A program made the translations under genes and the position numbers. Below, piece after piece: positions 15,928-16,211 of a stretch of 16,211 nucleotides of DNA (its first letter is position 1; each line of letters begins with the position of its first letter). Source of the stretch: Candidatus Saganbacteria bacterium (GTDB lineage: Bacteria; Margulisbacteria; WOR-1; JAKLHX01); the NCBI GenBank assembly GCA_026387835.1, contig JAPLKZ010000004.1, forward strand, positions 1 through 16,211, read 5' to 3'. The notes below the pieces were generated by a model. The model did not search any database. It was not told the origin of the DNA and saw only the letters and a list, made by a program, of their open reading frames with translations.

Positions 15928-16211
15928 ATGGACCTCAGGGAATTATCTTCATACATTATAAATAAACTTGACTGTGACGCCGAGGTCTTTTGTGTCAGGT
16001 CAAACAGTCTCCTGATCGAATCAAGGGACCAGAAGGTCACGCTGATAAATAAAGGGACTGAACTCGGCATCTCCCTCAGGGTAATAAAGGACGGCAAAGC
16101 AGGGTTCTCTTTTTCAAGCGGCGGAGACCCGGACGATCTGATAAAACGCACTCTTGATATTTCCGCCATTTTCCCTTATGACGAAAATAATATCTTCCCA
16201 GGACCTTCACC
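15928..16211 (+). CDS. PmbA/TldD-family protein, N-terminal fragment (runs off the window)
   Basis: This ORF is not in the supplied track. I translated it by hand from the ATG directly abutting the pta stop (TAAATG): MDLRELSSYIINKLDCDAEVFCVRSNSLLIESRDQKVTLINKGTELGISLRVIKDGKAGFSFSSGGDPDDLIKRTLDISAIFPYDENNIFPGPS. The frame stays open to the window end. The ...E.....G.G.RV..DGK.GF..S pattern is typical of the PmbA_TldD N-terminus. Confidence 0.7.
   Translation, partial: MDLRELSSYIINKLDCDAEVFCVRSNSLLIESRDQKVTLINKGTELGISLRVIKDGKAGFSFSSGGDPDDLIKRTLDISAIFPYDENNIFPGPS

Noticed and set aside
15444-16169. 241-aa minus-strand ORF in the supplied track
   Set aside because: It is antisense to the well-supported pta gene and the PmbA/TldD-family start, and it spans their junction. 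Its composition is S/A/R/P-rich and low-complexity, unlike real proteins here. It is a shadow ORF.
1-16211. Alternative genetic code, CRISPR array, IS or transposon ends, integrase next to the tRNA, phage or defence-island content
   Set aside because: TGA terminates several well-defined genes at expected lengths (aroK, lysA, cimA, DUF362, exonuclease), so the code is standard. I found no spaced repeat arrays, no terminal inverted repeats, and no recombinase, nuclease-helicase or NTPase genes typical of defence or mobile elements. The tRNA is flanked by housekeeping genes on both sides.

Overview
This is a dense, almost entirely coding chromosomal segment that reads as ordinary housekeeping DNA. 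The source is probably an uncultivated anaerobic bacterium. It uses the standard genetic code (TAA, TAG and TGA all terminate recognisable genes), its proteins are K/I/E-rich, and AGG and ATA codons are frequent. I support 20 protein genes and one tRNA, arranged in blocks. Block 1 (minus, 6221 to 1): tRNA-Arg(CCU), aroK, aroB, tyrS, ispF, an rlpA-like gene, pdxJ and an NfnA/PyrK-like oxidoreductase. Block 2 (plus, 6330-6897): an 86-aa orphan plus an ArsR-family regulator. Block 3 (minus, 11662 to 6894): a 91-aa orphan, cimA, lysA, cdaA and panB. Block 4 (plus, 11769-14895): family-4 UDG, C-N hydrolase, DUF362/4Fe-4S protein and a DnaQ-like exonuclease, followed by pta and a 3'-truncated PmbA/TldD-family gene running to 16211. 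I saw no CRISPR array, transposase, integrase, phage genes, toxin-antitoxin pair or recognisable defence genes, and no intrinsic terminators. I therefore cannot honestly claim a clear new system. Four things merit a second look. (a) A -10 box sits 8-9 nt from the ATG, with no Shine-Dalgarno (SD), at five genes, suggesting leaderless mRNAs. (b) The four-gene UDG / C-N hydrolase / DUF362 / exonuclease unit is translationally coupled. (c) The c-di-AMP cyclase gene cdaA is coupled between lysA and panB, without cdaR or glmM. (d) Two small orphan ORFs lie next to structured intergenic DNA. All functional calls come from motif recognition by eye; no searches were run.
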